A DNA stretch of 64,000 bases from contig JBGAGQ010000008.1 in assembly GCA_044226625.1 (NCBI GenBank), positions 71,836-135,835 on the forward strand, in the 5' to 3' direction. The translations under genes were made by a program, and so were the position numbers. Below, in pieces: positions 8,817 through 18,553 of this stretch; within the stretch, counting starts at the first letter, position 1, and the number at the start of each line of letters is the position of its first letter. This DNA comes from Thermoanaerobaculia bacterium. Lineage in GTDB: Bacteria; Acidobacteriota; Thermoanaerobaculia; Multivoradales; UBA5704. Under the pieces are notes generated by a model. The model was not told the DNA's origin and made no database searches. It saw nothing but the letters and a program-made list of their open reading frames with translations.

Positions 8817-10156
8817 CAGCTCCCCTCGCCGACCGCGGCGACGACGTCCAGGTTCGCGCCCTCGGCTCCCGAGCGGGCGGCCAGCCGCTCGTTGATCCGC
8901 GCCACCTGCTCGAGCGCGCTCGCGGCGAGGTCCGGCTCGCCATGCCAGTGGAAGAGCTTGTGCGCCTCTTCGAGCTTCGACAGGGCGGGGGCGAAGATGC
9001 CGAGATGCGCGAGCGCGTTCGCCTGGTTGGCGAGCAGGCGGGCGTAGCCGAGCGGGTCGAGCGCGCGGTTGCGGACCGCGAGCAGCTGCTCGTAGATCTC
9101 GACCGCCTGGACCAGATTCTCCTCGGGGTGGGACGAGGGAAGGTACTGGAGCGCGTTCGCTAGGTTGAGCTGGGCGGAGGACCAAGCTTCCGGATGGGCT
9201 TCCGGAGTCCAGACCTTGAGCGCCTCGCGGAACGACTGCACCGCGACCGCCATACGCAACGGCGAGGCCGCCTCTCCCATCGGCAGCGCAAGGTAGGCGA
9301 GCCCCAGGTTGTTCTGGGCGTGGGCGTAGCCCTCGGCGCCCCGTTCGAGCGAGAGCCCCGTGTGGATCGCCGCCTGATAGGCGCTCACCGCCTCGAGCAG
9401 GGCCGAGCGATCCGTGCCGGCCTCTTGGTGGTAGAGCTCGCCGAGCGAGAGATGGAGGCCCGCCCGCAGCGGCGAGCGCCCACCGTCCGCGACCTCGGGG
9501 ACCAGCGAGAGCGCCTCCCGTAGGAGAGTGATCGCGCGGCGGCGGTCGTTCGGCGCGAGCAGGCTGGCCTTCTGGGCGAGAAGCTGCGCGGCCAGCGACG
9601 GCGAGATCGCACGCGCCGCCTCGACGCCCGAGCCGAGCGTCGCGAGCGCGGCTTCGATCTCTCCCGCTCCCAGTTGCGCCGCCGCGCGCACCATCGCGAC
9701 GAGCGCCGACACGAGGGGATGGACGGATTCGCCGGCTCCGGGAGCCTCCGGCAACTCGTCGCTCCCTCCCGAAGCGAAGTCGGCGCAGGCGATCAACCGC
9801 GCGAGGTCGGCGGCGATCGGATCGGGCAGCGCGGCGAGCGCCTCGGGATCGCCCGAGAGGACGAAGCGATCGTAGGCGAGGGCGAACGTCGCCTGCTCGC
9901 TTACGGCTCCAGAGTGCAGATCGTGCGCATTGAGAGCATCGAGCGCCCCGTCGAAATCTCCCTCGGCGGCGCGCCGATAGAACTCCCATTCCTCGGGCAT
10001 GGGTCCGGAAAGGTCGCCCGCGATCCATCGGCGGTAGGCCTCCTCGGCGAGCGGCGACGCGCTCTCGGGCAGCAGGAGGAAGCCCGCGGGCGCGGGAAGG
10101 ATTCCGAGCGGCTGGGGCCCGAACGGTAGGTTGAAAGCGGCGGTCGGATCAGGCAT
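8816..10156 (-). CDS. TPR-containing hydrogenase accessory protein
   Basis: YAHAQNNLGLAY, WSSAQLNLANAL, YARLLANQANAL TPR-like helices. Confidence 0.85.
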   Translation of the reverse strand: MPDPTAAFNLPFGPQPLGILPAPAGFLLLPESASPLAEEAYRRWIAGDLSGPMPEEWEFYRRAAEGDFDGALDALNAHDLHSGAVSEQATFALAYDRFVLSGDPEALAALPDPIAADLARLIACADFASGGSDELPEAPGAGESVHPLVSALVAMVRAAAQLGAGEIEAALATLGSGVEAARAISPSLAAQLLAQKASLLAPNDRRRAITLLREALSLVPEVADGGRSPLRAGLHLSLGELYHQEAGTDRSALLEAVSAYQAAIHTGLSLERGAEGYAHAQNNLGLAYLALPMGEAASPLRMAVAVQSFREALKVWTPEAHPEAWSSAQLNLANALQYLPSSHPEENLVQAVEIYEQLLAVRNRALDPLGYARLLANQANALAHLGIFAPALSKLEEAHKLFHWHGEPDLAASALEQVARINERLAARSGAEGANLDVVAAVGEGS

Positions 10157-10505
10157 TCGAAGATTCCTGTCGCGGCGTCGTAACCGAGGACGTAGAGAGC
10201 GACGAGGACGGCGCGGGAAGCAGGGCGACCCGCAGGGCGCCGCGGGGCTCGTCCCAGAATGCCGGCAGGTCACCGCTCGCGACGTCCGGCGGCAGCACCT
10301 CCGAGATCAACACGGCGCGGTCGCCCGCGCGGTTGCGCTGCTTGAGCAGCATACCGCCGCCCCCCTGTCCGCGCACCGGCACTAACCAGAGCTCGCGATC
10401 GACCACCCGAGCGACCAGGGCGTCGGTCGGGAAATAGCGCTCGGCGACCGCGGCCGTCAGCCGGAGCGAGCCGTCCCGCGTGAGCTCGACTTCTACGAGC
10501 GCCAT
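10149..10505 (-). CDS. Small protein downstream of the hydrogenase protease
   Basis: Overlaps both neighbours; YFPTD...GGMLLKQRNRAGDRAVLI pattern recalled from group 2a clusters. Confidence 0.75.
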   Translation of the reverse strand: MALVEVELTRDGSLRLTAAVAERYFPTDALVARVVDRELWLVPVRGQGGGGMLLKQRNRAGDRAVLISEVLPPDVASGDLPAFWDEPRGALRVALLPAPSSSLSTSSVTTPRQESSNA

Positions 10506-11050
10506 GTCGGAACCTCCTCGGATCCGGCGCTCTCAGGAGCGTCGGCGACTTCCGCGAGGAGCCGCGGAGCGAGCTTCGCCATCGCCGCTTCGACCGGCGG
10601 CGACAGGGGTGCGCCCAATTCGAGCGATTCGGCTTCGATCAGGTAGATCGTGACCTTCCGAGGGTATTCGTCCTTGAGCAGCCAACGGGCGAACGCGAGC
10701 GCGTGGTCCCAACGGAACGCGTGGAGGTTGATCCCGGCGAGCGGCGGCAGCTGCTCCACCCGTTCGCCTGGAAGGCGGAACGTCGCGCCGGGCTCGCTAC
10801 CGCTGCGGCAGGCGTCGACCAGGATCACGTGCGGGACTCCGCGCATCTGGAACGCGACGTCCATGCCGCCGGTGCCGCCGTCGGCGCAGCGCACGCCGTG
10901 CGGTAACCCCAACTCCCAGAGGTGACGGACGAGGATCGGGCCGACCGCGTCGTCGCCGCGCAGGATGTTGCCGCAGCCGACGATCAAGGCCCGCACCCGC
11001 TCGCCCGAGGGCGGCGGGATGCGGGCGGCTTCGCTTGCCTGCTCGATCAT
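10493..11050 (-). CDS. Hydrogenase maturation endopeptidase (HupW/HybD family)
   Basis: GCGNILRGDDAVGP, DGGT, ILVDA, NLH motifs. Confidence 0.95.
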   Translation of the reverse strand: MIEQASEAARIPPPSGERVRALIVGCGNILRGDDAVGPILVRHLWELGLPHGVRCADGGTGGMDVAFQMRGVPHVILVDACRSGSEPGATFRLPGERVEQLPPLAGINLHAFRWDHALAFARWLLKDEYPRKVTIYLIEAESLELGAPLSPPVEAAMAKLAPRLLAEVADAPESAGSEEVPTWRS

Positions 11051-11063
11051 GCGCTCACGATCT

Positions 11064-12695
11064 CTAACCCAGCTCTCCGATCCGGAAGCTCGACAGCTCG
11101 CGGTCCGTCTTGCCGTCGTAGACGTGGACGGTGCAGACGAGGCACGAGTCGAACGAGCGCGCGACGTGCCCCATCTCGACCGGGTCGGTCGGATCGGTGA
11201 TCCGCGACCCGATGAACGCCTGCTCCATCGGTCCGAGCGTGCCGACTCGGTCGCGCGGGCCGATGTTCCACGCGGTCGGGGTAATGACCTGATAGTTCTC
11301 GATCTTGCCGCCGCTGATCACGATCCAGTCCGAGAGAGAGCCCCGCGCCGCCTCGGTCGAGCCGAAGCCGCGCCCTTCCGAAAGCTCCTCGGGCTTCTCG
11401 TAGAACCGGTCGTGCAGGTCGATCCGGTCGAGCCACGAGCGCGTGAGCTGGTAGTACTTCGCCGCCTCGTGCATGCGCGCCATGACGCGCACCAGAATGC
11501 TCGGACCGACCGTCTGGATCGCGTCGAGGAAGAGCGGATCGTAATCCTGATGGCCGAGCGCCCCCTGCCGGCCGGCGATCACCTGGCGCGACAGCGGCCC
11601 GACCTCGAGCGGCATCGGCCCCTTGCCCGGCACTTCGTAGCGCGGCGACTTCGCCCAGCTGTACTTGCCCTGCTTGTGGCCGTCGGCCGGATCGATCGGA
11701 TCGGTCTCCCCCTGCCAAGGATGGAGGAAACGATCGCCTTTATAAAACGAGTGCGACGTGTCCTCGCGCACGTTCAAGTGATCGAAGTCGTGGAAGCCCG
11801 AGCCGTCGTAGATCCCCGAACGGTTGATCAGCGCGTCGTTGCGACCTTCGATCGTCGGCCGCTCGTAGCGCTCGGGATCGAAATAGGTGCCGGTCGCGAG
11901 GTACGCGCCGCAGCCGCCGCCGAACTTGTCGAGCCCCGCGCGCTGCGCGAAGCGGAGGAACAGGCCGCAGTCCGAGTTGCGATGGCCGTCGTTTTCGTCC
12001 GCCCAGGCGAGCACGTCGGCCCAGGTCCGGTTTTCGAGCCAGCGCTCGACCGAGCCGCCGAGCCAGGACTTCTCCAGCCATTCGCGCTTCCAGTGATCGA
12101 GGATCGCGATCGCCCGGGTGACGTCGGAAAGGGTCGGCGCGCACATCACGCCGCCCGGGATCATGAAGCTCGAATGCGGCCACTGGCCGCCGAACATCGC
12201 GTAGACCTCGACCGGCTTGGCCGAGAGCGTGACTCCGTGCTCGTAGCTCGTGCCGACGAACGGCGCGAAACGGCGCACCACCTCGTCGTATTCGGGCAGG
12301 TGGGCGTAGTTCTTGTTCGTGAGGTCGATCGCGAACAGGGCATAGAACCAGCGCGGAATCGACAGCAGCGTCTCGCACGCCTGGGCGATGTTGCGCACGA
12401 GCGTCGCGTTGTGCGGCACCCGCGTCTTCCACGCCGTGTCGAGCGCGTAGACCGCCTTGTGGAGGTGGCTGCCGCCGCAGATGCCGCAGATGCGCGGCGT
12501 GACGATCAGGCCGGCCTGGGGATCCTTGCCGCGCAGGATGATCTCGAAACCGCGGAACATGCTCGCTTCGGTCCAGGCCTCGGTGACCACGCCGTCGCGA
12601 ATCTTGACCCGCAGGTCGAGGTCGCCTTCGACGCGTCCCAGGGGGCTGATCCGCAGGTCGGCGGGCATCGGCAGGGTCTCGGTCGCAGTTGTCAT
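11064..12695 (-). CDS. hucL: Group 2a [NiFe]-hydrogenase large subunit (HucL/HupL type)
   Basis: GRVEGDL; L1 TPRICGICGGSH; L2 ARSFDSCLVCTVH followed by a cleavable C-terminal extension. Confidence 0.93.
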   Translation of the reverse strand: MTTATETLPMPADLRISPLGRVEGDLDLRVKIRDGVVTEAWTEASMFRGFEIILRGKDPQAGLIVTPRICGICGGSHLHKAVYALDTAWKTRVPHNATLVRNIAQACETLLSIPRWFYALFAIDLTNKNYAHLPEYDEVVRRFAPFVGTSYEHGVTLSAKPVEVYAMFGGQWPHSSFMIPGGVMCAPTLSDVTRAIAILDHWKREWLEKSWLGGSVERWLENRTWADVLAWADENDGHRNSDCGLFLRFAQRAGLDKFGGGCGAYLATGTYFDPERYERPTIEGRNDALINRSGIYDGSGFHDFDHLNVREDTSHSFYKGDRFLHPWQGETDPIDPADGHKQGKYSWAKSPRYEVPGKGPMPLEVGPLSRQVIAGRQGALGHQDYDPLFLDAIQTVGPSILVRVMARMHEAAKYYQLTRSWLDRIDLHDRFYEKPEELSEGRGFGSTEAARGSLSDWIVISGGKIENYQVITPTAWNIGPRDRVGTLGPMEQAFIGSRITDPTDPVEMGHVARSFDSCLVCTVHVYDGKTDRELSSFRIGELG

Positions 12696-12727
12696 GTCTC
12701 TCTCCGTACCGTTTTACGCGTGAGCGC

Positions 12728-13699
12728 CTAGACGACGAACATGTCTTCCTTCGACCACTTCGGAGCCGCAACGCGGGCGGCGGCGGCGTGCGCCATGTAG
12801 GAAACGTGATCGGTCCCCACCGGCACCTCCTTCGGGATCGTGCCGCTGATCTTCTGGGTCTTGAACACGGTCCCCGGCTTCAAGTCGTGGAACGGGAACT
12901 CGGGCTCGGTGCAGCCGGTGCACGGCATGCCCGCGCGCGTCTTGCTCGACTGGCGGTTCCAGAGGATGCGGTTGCACGGCGAATGCGTGAGCGGGCCGCG
13001 GCAGCCGAATTCGTAGAACAGACAGCCGGTGCGCGTACCCTGGCCGAACTCCATCGTCGCCTGCTTGTACTCGAAGAACTGGACGCGGGTGCAGCCGGTC
13101 TGGGTGAAGGTCTTGAAGAAGGTCACCGGGCGCTGCAAGTCGTCGAGCGCGATGTCGGCCGCGCGCCCCGAGGCGATCGCGACCAGGATCTGGGTCACCC
13201 AATCCGGATGCGCGGGGCAGCCCGGGATGTTGATCACCGGCAGCCCCCACTTCGAGCGGAAGCCCGCGCCGAGGAAGCCGCCGTGGTTGCGCTTGAGATA
13301 TTGCAGCCCGACGTTGTCGACCGGGTTCGGCTCGGTCGCCGGGATGCCGCCCCAGCAGGCGCAGTCGCCGAGGGCGACCACGGCGTTGGCCCGCGCGGCG
13401 ATCTCTTTGACCCAATCCTTCATCGGTCGGTCGGCGAACATGTTGTAGCGGCCGGTGCCGTTCGGCCCCTGGATGACCGTCCCTTCGAAGACGAAGATGT
13501 CGAGCGGCCGGGCGCCGGTCGCGCAATCGTTGAAGATCTTCTTGGCGTTGTCGCCCATCTCCATCCCGAGCGACGGATGCCAGAGCACGTCGATCCCGAA
13601 GTCGGTGACCAGGTCGCACGCGCTCGGTTCTTCCGCGTTCAGGAACGACATCGTGTTGCCGCTGCATGCGCCACCTTGTAGCCAGAGAACGGTCGCCAT
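12728..13699 (-). CDS. hucS: Group 2a [NiFe]-hydrogenase small subunit (HucS/HupS type, no Tat signal)
   Basis: LWLQGGACSGNTMS (Asn in place of second Cys), GDCACWGG, PGCPAHP, CLFYEFGCRGP, C..C; AAGGAGG RBS. Confidence 0.93.
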   Translation of the reverse strand: MATVLWLQGGACSGNTMSFLNAEEPSACDLVTDFGIDVLWHPSLGMEMGDNAKKIFNDCATGARPLDIFVFEGTVIQGPNGTGRYNMFADRPMKDWVKEIAARANAVVALGDCACWGGIPATEPNPVDNVGLQYLKRNHGGFLGAGFRSKWGLPVINIPGCPAHPDWVTQILVAIASGRAADIALDDLQRPVTFFKTFTQTGCTRVQFFEYKQATMEFGQGTRTGCLFYEFGCRGPLTHSPCNRILWNRQSSKTRAGMPCTGCTEPEFPFHDLKPGTVFKTQKISGTIPKEVPVGTDHVSYMAHAAAARVAAPKWSKEDMFVV

Positions 13700-13952
13700 C
13701 GCGTGCGCCTCCTTGCTCGATCCGTGGAAAATCTGCGGCATCTTGCCCGCCCCTCCGACGCGGGGCAATAGCAAGAATTGGGTAGGCGGTCCCCGCGCCG
13801 CGCGGGTTCATGGGCATCGCGGATGGCGAGGGTGGAGATGCGGAAGAACGTGCGAAAACGAACGGGGCCTCCGCGTGCGCGGAGGCCCGGGCCCATCGAC
13901 TTCAAAGCTACAGACCGACAGAGCTTCGAACCTCTGAGGTCGCTCCCACCCT

Positions 13953-15263
13953 CTACCTCTTGCCGACCGATCCTTTCCGTTCGCGCATCTCCTCGGCCAT
14001 CTGACGGATTTCCGTGAGGTCTCGCTTCATCTCGCTCCACCCGTACCAGAGCGCGTAATCCGGGTTGGCGTGGAAGGTCCCCTGGAACAGGCGCATCCGA
14101 TGCTCGAGATGCATCTCGAAGAGCTTTTGCTCGATCGGCGTCGGCGCGTCATGGAACGTCAGCAGGTCGGGGAAGGCCGAGGCGTAGGACGCCGGCTTCT
14201 CCAGGATGCCGTCCTTGTAGAGCGCGACGATGGTGCGGATCGCCTCGGCGAGAAGGTGGTCGCCTTCGCGGATGAGCCGGTCGCCCTTCTCGAGCTCCGC
14301 CTTGGCGAAATTCTCCGAATGGCATTGGCTGCAAGCGTTCATCAGCTTCCGCCGCTCGGCCTGGAAATCCTCGGTGGTGAGGCGAGCGACGTCCGCCGCC
14401 TTCACCACGTCGAGGCGCGGGGTTGGCTTGCCGGCCGGATCGAGCACTCCCAGCGCCTGGAGGATCGTCACCTGGTCCGCGGACCATTGCGGATCGTCGG
14501 AGAGCGGCAAGCGAACGGCGAGGAAACCCCACGGCGTGCGGACCTCGTGGTTGCCCGCCTGCATGTGACAGGTCTGGCAGGTCGGGGCCGCGGTCGAGGC
14601 GGGGAGCGTGCCGTTCTGCTTGAGCAGGGCACGCACGCCGTGCTTGGAGGCGGAGTACATCTCCCACTGGGGATGGTCGAATCCCATGTGGCAGGTCTGG
14701 CAAGCCTGCGGCTGGCGCGCCTCGACCACGGAGAACGTGTGGCGCGTGTGGCAGGCGTCGCAGGAGGCGACGCCGAAGCCGGCGCCTTCACCGCGCAGGC
14801 GCCGGATCTCGTCCGCGCTCTTGATGCCGATCTTGTGGCAGCCGCCGCAGCCCTTCATGCCGTCAGAAAGCGCCACCGGCATGGCATGGGTCGTGGGCAT
14901 CGCCTGCAAGGCCGCCCAAGCCTTGGAATGTTTCCCGGCGGTGAACTGCGTAACCTGGTCGGAGTGGCACTGGCCGCAGGTCTCCGGCGTGGGGATCTCG
15001 ACCTTCGCGACGTCGACGGCCGAGGAGTGCTGGCTGCCGTGGCAATCCGCGCAATCGATCCCGCTCGAGCTGTGCTTGCTGATCTCCCAATCGGTGACGA
15101 TGCTCGGCGTGACGGTGCGATGGCATTCGACGCAGCTGGACGTGGACGCGGCATGCGCGGGGATCGGTGCCGGCGGCGCCTCGGCTCCCGCCGCGATCCG
15201 AGCTTGCCACGCCAGCACCGCGAACGACGAAACCGTCAAGGCCCGAACGAGCCTATTCCTCAT
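13953..15263 (-). CDS. Secreted octaheme cytochrome c, hydroxylamine oxidoreductase (HAO) family
   Basis: Signal peptide; eight CxxCH motifs; CDACHTRHTFS, CHMGFDHPQWEMY..SKHG, FHANPDY motifs. Confidence 0.88.
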   Translation of the reverse strand: MRNRLVRALTVSSFAVLAWQARIAAGAEAPPAPIPAHAASTSSCVECHRTVTPSIVTDWEISKHSSSGIDCADCHGSQHSSAVDVAKVEIPTPETCGQCHSDQVTQFTAGKHSKAWAALQAMPTTHAMPVALSDGMKGCGGCHKIGIKSADEIRRLRGEGAGFGVASCDACHTRHTFSVVEARQPQACQTCHMGFDHPQWEMYSASKHGVRALLKQNGTLPASTAAPTCQTCHMQAGNHEVRTPWGFLAVRLPLSDDPQWSADQVTILQALGVLDPAGKPTPRLDVVKAADVARLTTEDFQAERRKLMNACSQCHSENFAKAELEKGDRLIREGDHLLAEAIRTIVALYKDGILEKPASYASAFPDLLTFHDAPTPIEQKLFEMHLEHRMRLFQGTFHANPDYALWYGWSEMKRDLTEIRQMAEEMRERKGSVGKR

Positions 15264-15393
15264 CGAAGAATCCTCCCTTGGGTAGCTGAAAACCTTGCGG
15301 AGCACTCTACCCCAGCCCGCCCGTTCCGCCGCGGTGCGAGCGCCCACCTCGACGGGTAGATCGAAGGCCACCCGAACAGGCGGGACGCTCGTG

Positions 15394-16029
15394 CTACATG
15401 CCGGCGCGGGGCATCAGGATCAGGCCGTGGGCGACCGCAGCGCGCACCAGCTCGACTTGATTGTGGGCGTCGAGCTTCTGCATCAGGTTCGCGCGATGGC
15501 GGGTCGCCGTGTGCGGCGAAACGCCGAGAATCTCGGCGATCTGCTGCGTGGTGCGGCCGTCGGCGATCAGCTGCAATACCTCGCGCTCGCGCGCGGTGAG
15601 GCTCGAGCGCGAGGTCTCGATCGCCTCGATCTGCGCGAGGTCGAGGCTCCGACTGACGTAGCGTCGGCCGGCGAGAACTGACTCGAGCGCCTGGAAAAGC
15701 TCGTCGTCCATCGCGTGCTTGAGCAGGTAGCCGTCGGCGCCGTCGGCGAGAGCTTGGGCCACGAACTGCACGTCGTCGAACATCGAGAGGACGAGCACCC
15801 TCGTTCGCGCTCCCCTGGCACGCAGCCGGCGCAGCGTTTCGAGCCCGTCGAGGCGCGGCATCGAGAGGTCGAGCACCAGGGCGTGCGGCGACTTCTCGCT
15901 CACGGCCGCGAGAGCATCCTCGCCGTTGCCGGCTTCCGCCGCGATCTCGAACCGTCCGTCGGTCGCGAGCAGCGCCGCGAGACCGCGGCGGACCAGGGCG
16001 TGATCGTCGGCGAGTACGATCCTAAACAC
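15394..16029 (-). CDS. NarL/LuxR family response regulator
   Basis: LADDH, LDLSMP, GYLLK, LTAREREVLQLIADG...HRANLMQKL. Confidence 0.95.
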   Translation of the reverse strand: MFRIVLADDHALVRRGLAALLATDGRFEIAAEAGNGEDALAAVSEKSPHALVLDLSMPRLDGLETLRRLRARGARTRVLVLSMFDDVQFVAQALADGADGYLLKHAMDDELFQALESVLAGRRYVSRSLDLAQIEAIETSRSSLTAREREVLQLIADGRTTQQIAEILGVSPHTATRHRANLMQKLDAHNQVELVRAAVAHGLILMPRAGM

Positions 16030-17830
16030 CGTCGCCTCCGGCCCAGGGAACCGCCACCTCGATCGCCGTGCCGAGACCCGGCGAGGCGTCGATCGAGAGC
16101 GTGCCGCCGAACATTCCGACCCTTTCGCGCATGCCGAGCAGGCCGAGGCCGTGGCGAACCGTCGAGGGATCGAAGCCGCGGCCGTCGTCCGCCACGGTGA
16201 GCCGAAGGCTCCCCGCATCGGCGCGGAGCGACACGCGGACCCGCCGCGCCTCCGCGTGGGCGGCCACGTTGGTGAGCGCTTCCTGGGCGATGCGGTAGAT
16301 CGCGATCTCCGCGGCCGAGGCGAGGCAGGAGGGCAACGGAGGCAGGTCGAGGTCGACCTCGAAGCCCGCACGCACGCTGTACTCGATCGCGAGCTGTTTG
16401 AGCGCGACTTCGAGGCCGAGCTGATCGAGAGTCGGCGGTCGCAGGCGCCGCGCCAGATCTTTGATCCGCGCCGTCGCGGCGTTCACCTGCTCGCGCAACT
16501 GGTCGATCTGGTCGCGCAACGCCGCCTGCTCGGCGGGGACCAGTCGCGACATTACCTGGAGGCCGAGCTTGACGCCGACCAGAGCCTGCCCCGCCTCGTC
16601 GTGGAGTTCGCGCGCGATGTGCTTGCGCTCGTCTTCGAGGATCGTCACGTTGTGCATCGAGAGCGCCCGAATCTCCTCGCTCTTGTCTTCGAGGTCGGAG
16701 AGGAGCCGGGCGTTTTCGATCGCCACCGCCGTGGTGTTGGCGAGCGAATCCAAGAACGTCGCGTCCTGCCAAGTGAACGGCGGCTGTTCCGCGGAGCGGT
16801 GGAGCTCGAAGAATCCGAGCACGCGACCGTCGCTCGACTTGATCGGGATCGAGACCGCGCGCGCGATGCCGTAGGCCTCCACCAGGTCGGGATCGCCGAG
16901 CGAATCGCTCGCATAGTCGTTGATCAGACAGGGAAACTCGATCTCCAGCAGACGGCCCGCGAGCCCGTCGCCGCGCCGAAAGCGGCGCGGGCGCTCGCTC
17001 CAGCCGGAGCGGTGCCAATAGCAGGAGGCGACCAATTCGTGCTCACCGGACGGCGCCGGCTCGGCGAGACCCGCGAGCCCGCCACCCGCCTTGAGGAAGC
17101 GCGCGGCATGCTCGACAAGATGCCGCACCAGCTCCGCCGAATCGAGGCGCGCGTTGACCGCGGCGCCGAACGCGAGCAGCGCTTCGAGGCCGGTCGACCA
17201 ATCGCCCAAGCGCTCGATCAGCAGCGACCGCTCGAAGCCCACCGCCGCCTGAAGCGCGATCGTCTCGGCCAGGCGCAGCTCGATCGCCCCGAACGGCGAC
17301 GGTCCCTTTCGATCGATCGCCAGCAGAACCGCGACGGCGCGCCCCTGATGATCGAGCGCGGGGACCGCGAGTAGATTCCGCCAGCCGAAATCTCCGAGCG
17401 TCCAGCGCGACGCGACCGCGTCGCCGGGGGCGTTGGCGACGAACCCTCGGCGGTGACGGGCCACCTCCAGCAGGAGCTCGAGCGGCGCCTCGTCGCCCGT
17501 CTGTCGATCGGCACCACCGGTCCGGTGGTCGCCGATCGCTCCGAGCACCTGTTCGTCGGTCGCGGCGACCACCGCCCGGCGCGCGTGCAGGGCGGTCGCG
17601 AAGGCACGGGCGAGCGAGCCGGCGATCTCCGCGCTGCCGAGCTCGTCGACCACCGCGCGCGCCGTCGAATGGACCCGCTCGATCGCGGCGAGAATCCGGG
17701 CATCCTCGGCTCGCCCGGAGGGCGGGCTCCAGGAGGGGGCTACCCGTTGGGCCGGGGCCTCGGCCGGCTCCCCTTCGACCGGGTCCACGCCGCGCTCGGG
17801 CGTCAAGAGAATCGCGGAATCGGGGGGCAT
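16022..17830 (-). CDS. Soluble GAF-GAF-HisKA_3 sensor histidine kinase
   Basis: Two GAF-like domains; ERKHIARELHDE, YRIAQEALTNV, DDGRGF, GLGLLGMRER. Confidence 0.93.
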   Translation of the reverse strand: MPPDSAILLTPERGVDPVEGEPAEAPAQRVAPSWSPPSGRAEDARILAAIERVHSTARAVVDELGSAEIAGSLARAFATALHARRAVVAATDEQVLGAIGDHRTGGADRQTGDEAPLELLLEVARHRRGFVANAPGDAVASRWTLGDFGWRNLLAVPALDHQGRAVAVLLAIDRKGPSPFGAIELRLAETIALQAAVGFERSLLIERLGDWSTGLEALLAFGAAVNARLDSAELVRHLVEHAARFLKAGGGLAGLAEPAPSGEHELVASCYWHRSGWSERPRRFRRGDGLAGRLLEIEFPCLINDYASDSLGDPDLVEAYGIARAVSIPIKSSDGRVLGFFELHRSAEQPPFTWQDATFLDSLANTTAVAIENARLLSDLEDKSEEIRALSMHNVTILEDERKHIARELHDEAGQALVGVKLGLQVMSRLVPAEQAALRDQIDQLREQVNAATARIKDLARRLRPPTLDQLGLEVALKQLAIEYSVRAGFEVDLDLPPLPSCLASAAEIAIYRIAQEALTNVAAHAEARRVRVSLRADAGSLRLTVADDGRGFDPSTVRHGLGLLGMRERVGMFGGTLSIDASPGLGTAIEVAVPWAGGDGV

Positions 17831-17848
17831 CGCCCTATGCGCCGCGGT

Positions 17849-18553
17849 TCAGACCGGAGCGGCCGGCCGCGCCGCGGCCGACGGGTGATTCGGCCCGAGC
17901 CGGCGTCGGTCGGCGAGGAATTCGAGCCATGCCTCCATGCCGTGGCCGCTCTTGGCCGAGACGAGGAAGATCGGCAGCCCCGGCCGCACCGACTCGATGT
18001 TCGCCCGCGCCGCGTCGAGGTCGAACTCGCAGGGCTCCGCGAGGTCCCATTTCGTGATCACCGCGACGTCCGCCGAGTTGAAGATGCCGGGGTACTTGAG
18101 CGGCTTGTCCTCCCCTTCCGTCACCGACAGGAGGACCACGCGGATCGCCTCGCCGAGGTCGTAGCTCGAGGGGCAGACGAGATTGCCGACGTTTTCGACG
18201 AAGAGATAGTCGAGATCGGCGAGCGTCCAGGCGTCCAGGTGCGCCTCGACCCATTCGGCTTCGAGATGACACCGGCCGTGGGTGTTGATCTGCCGGACCG
18301 GCGCGCCGCTCGCCGCGAGGCGACGGGCGTCGTTATCCGTCTCGAGGTCGCCCACGAGCGCCGCGACCGGGACGCCGCGGGCGACCAGCTCGCGCAGCGT
18401 CCGCTCCAGAAAAGCGGTCTTCCCCGTGCCCGGGCTCGAGACCAAATTGAGGGCGAGGACGTCGGCCGCCTGGAACCGACCGCGCAGCGCGCGGGCGGCC
18501 GCGTCGTTCTTGTTCAGGAGGTCGTGACGCAGCTCGACGATGCGTGTGCTCAT
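17849..18553 (-). CDS. hypB: Hydrogenase nickel-insertion GTPase HypB
   Basis: SSPGTGKT, CHL, ENVGNLVCP, EGEDKPLKYP. Confidence 0.97.
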   Translation of the reverse strand: MSTRIVELRHDLLNKNDAAARALRGRFQAADVLALNLVSSPGTGKTAFLERTLRELVARGVPVAALVGDLETDNDARRLAASGAPVRQINTHGRCHLEAEWVEAHLDAWTLADLDYLFVENVGNLVCPSSYDLGEAIRVVLLSVTEGEDKPLKYPGIFNSADVAVITKWDLAEPCEFDLDAARANIESVRPGLPIFLVSAKSGHGMEAWLEFLADRRRLGPNHPSAAARPAAPV

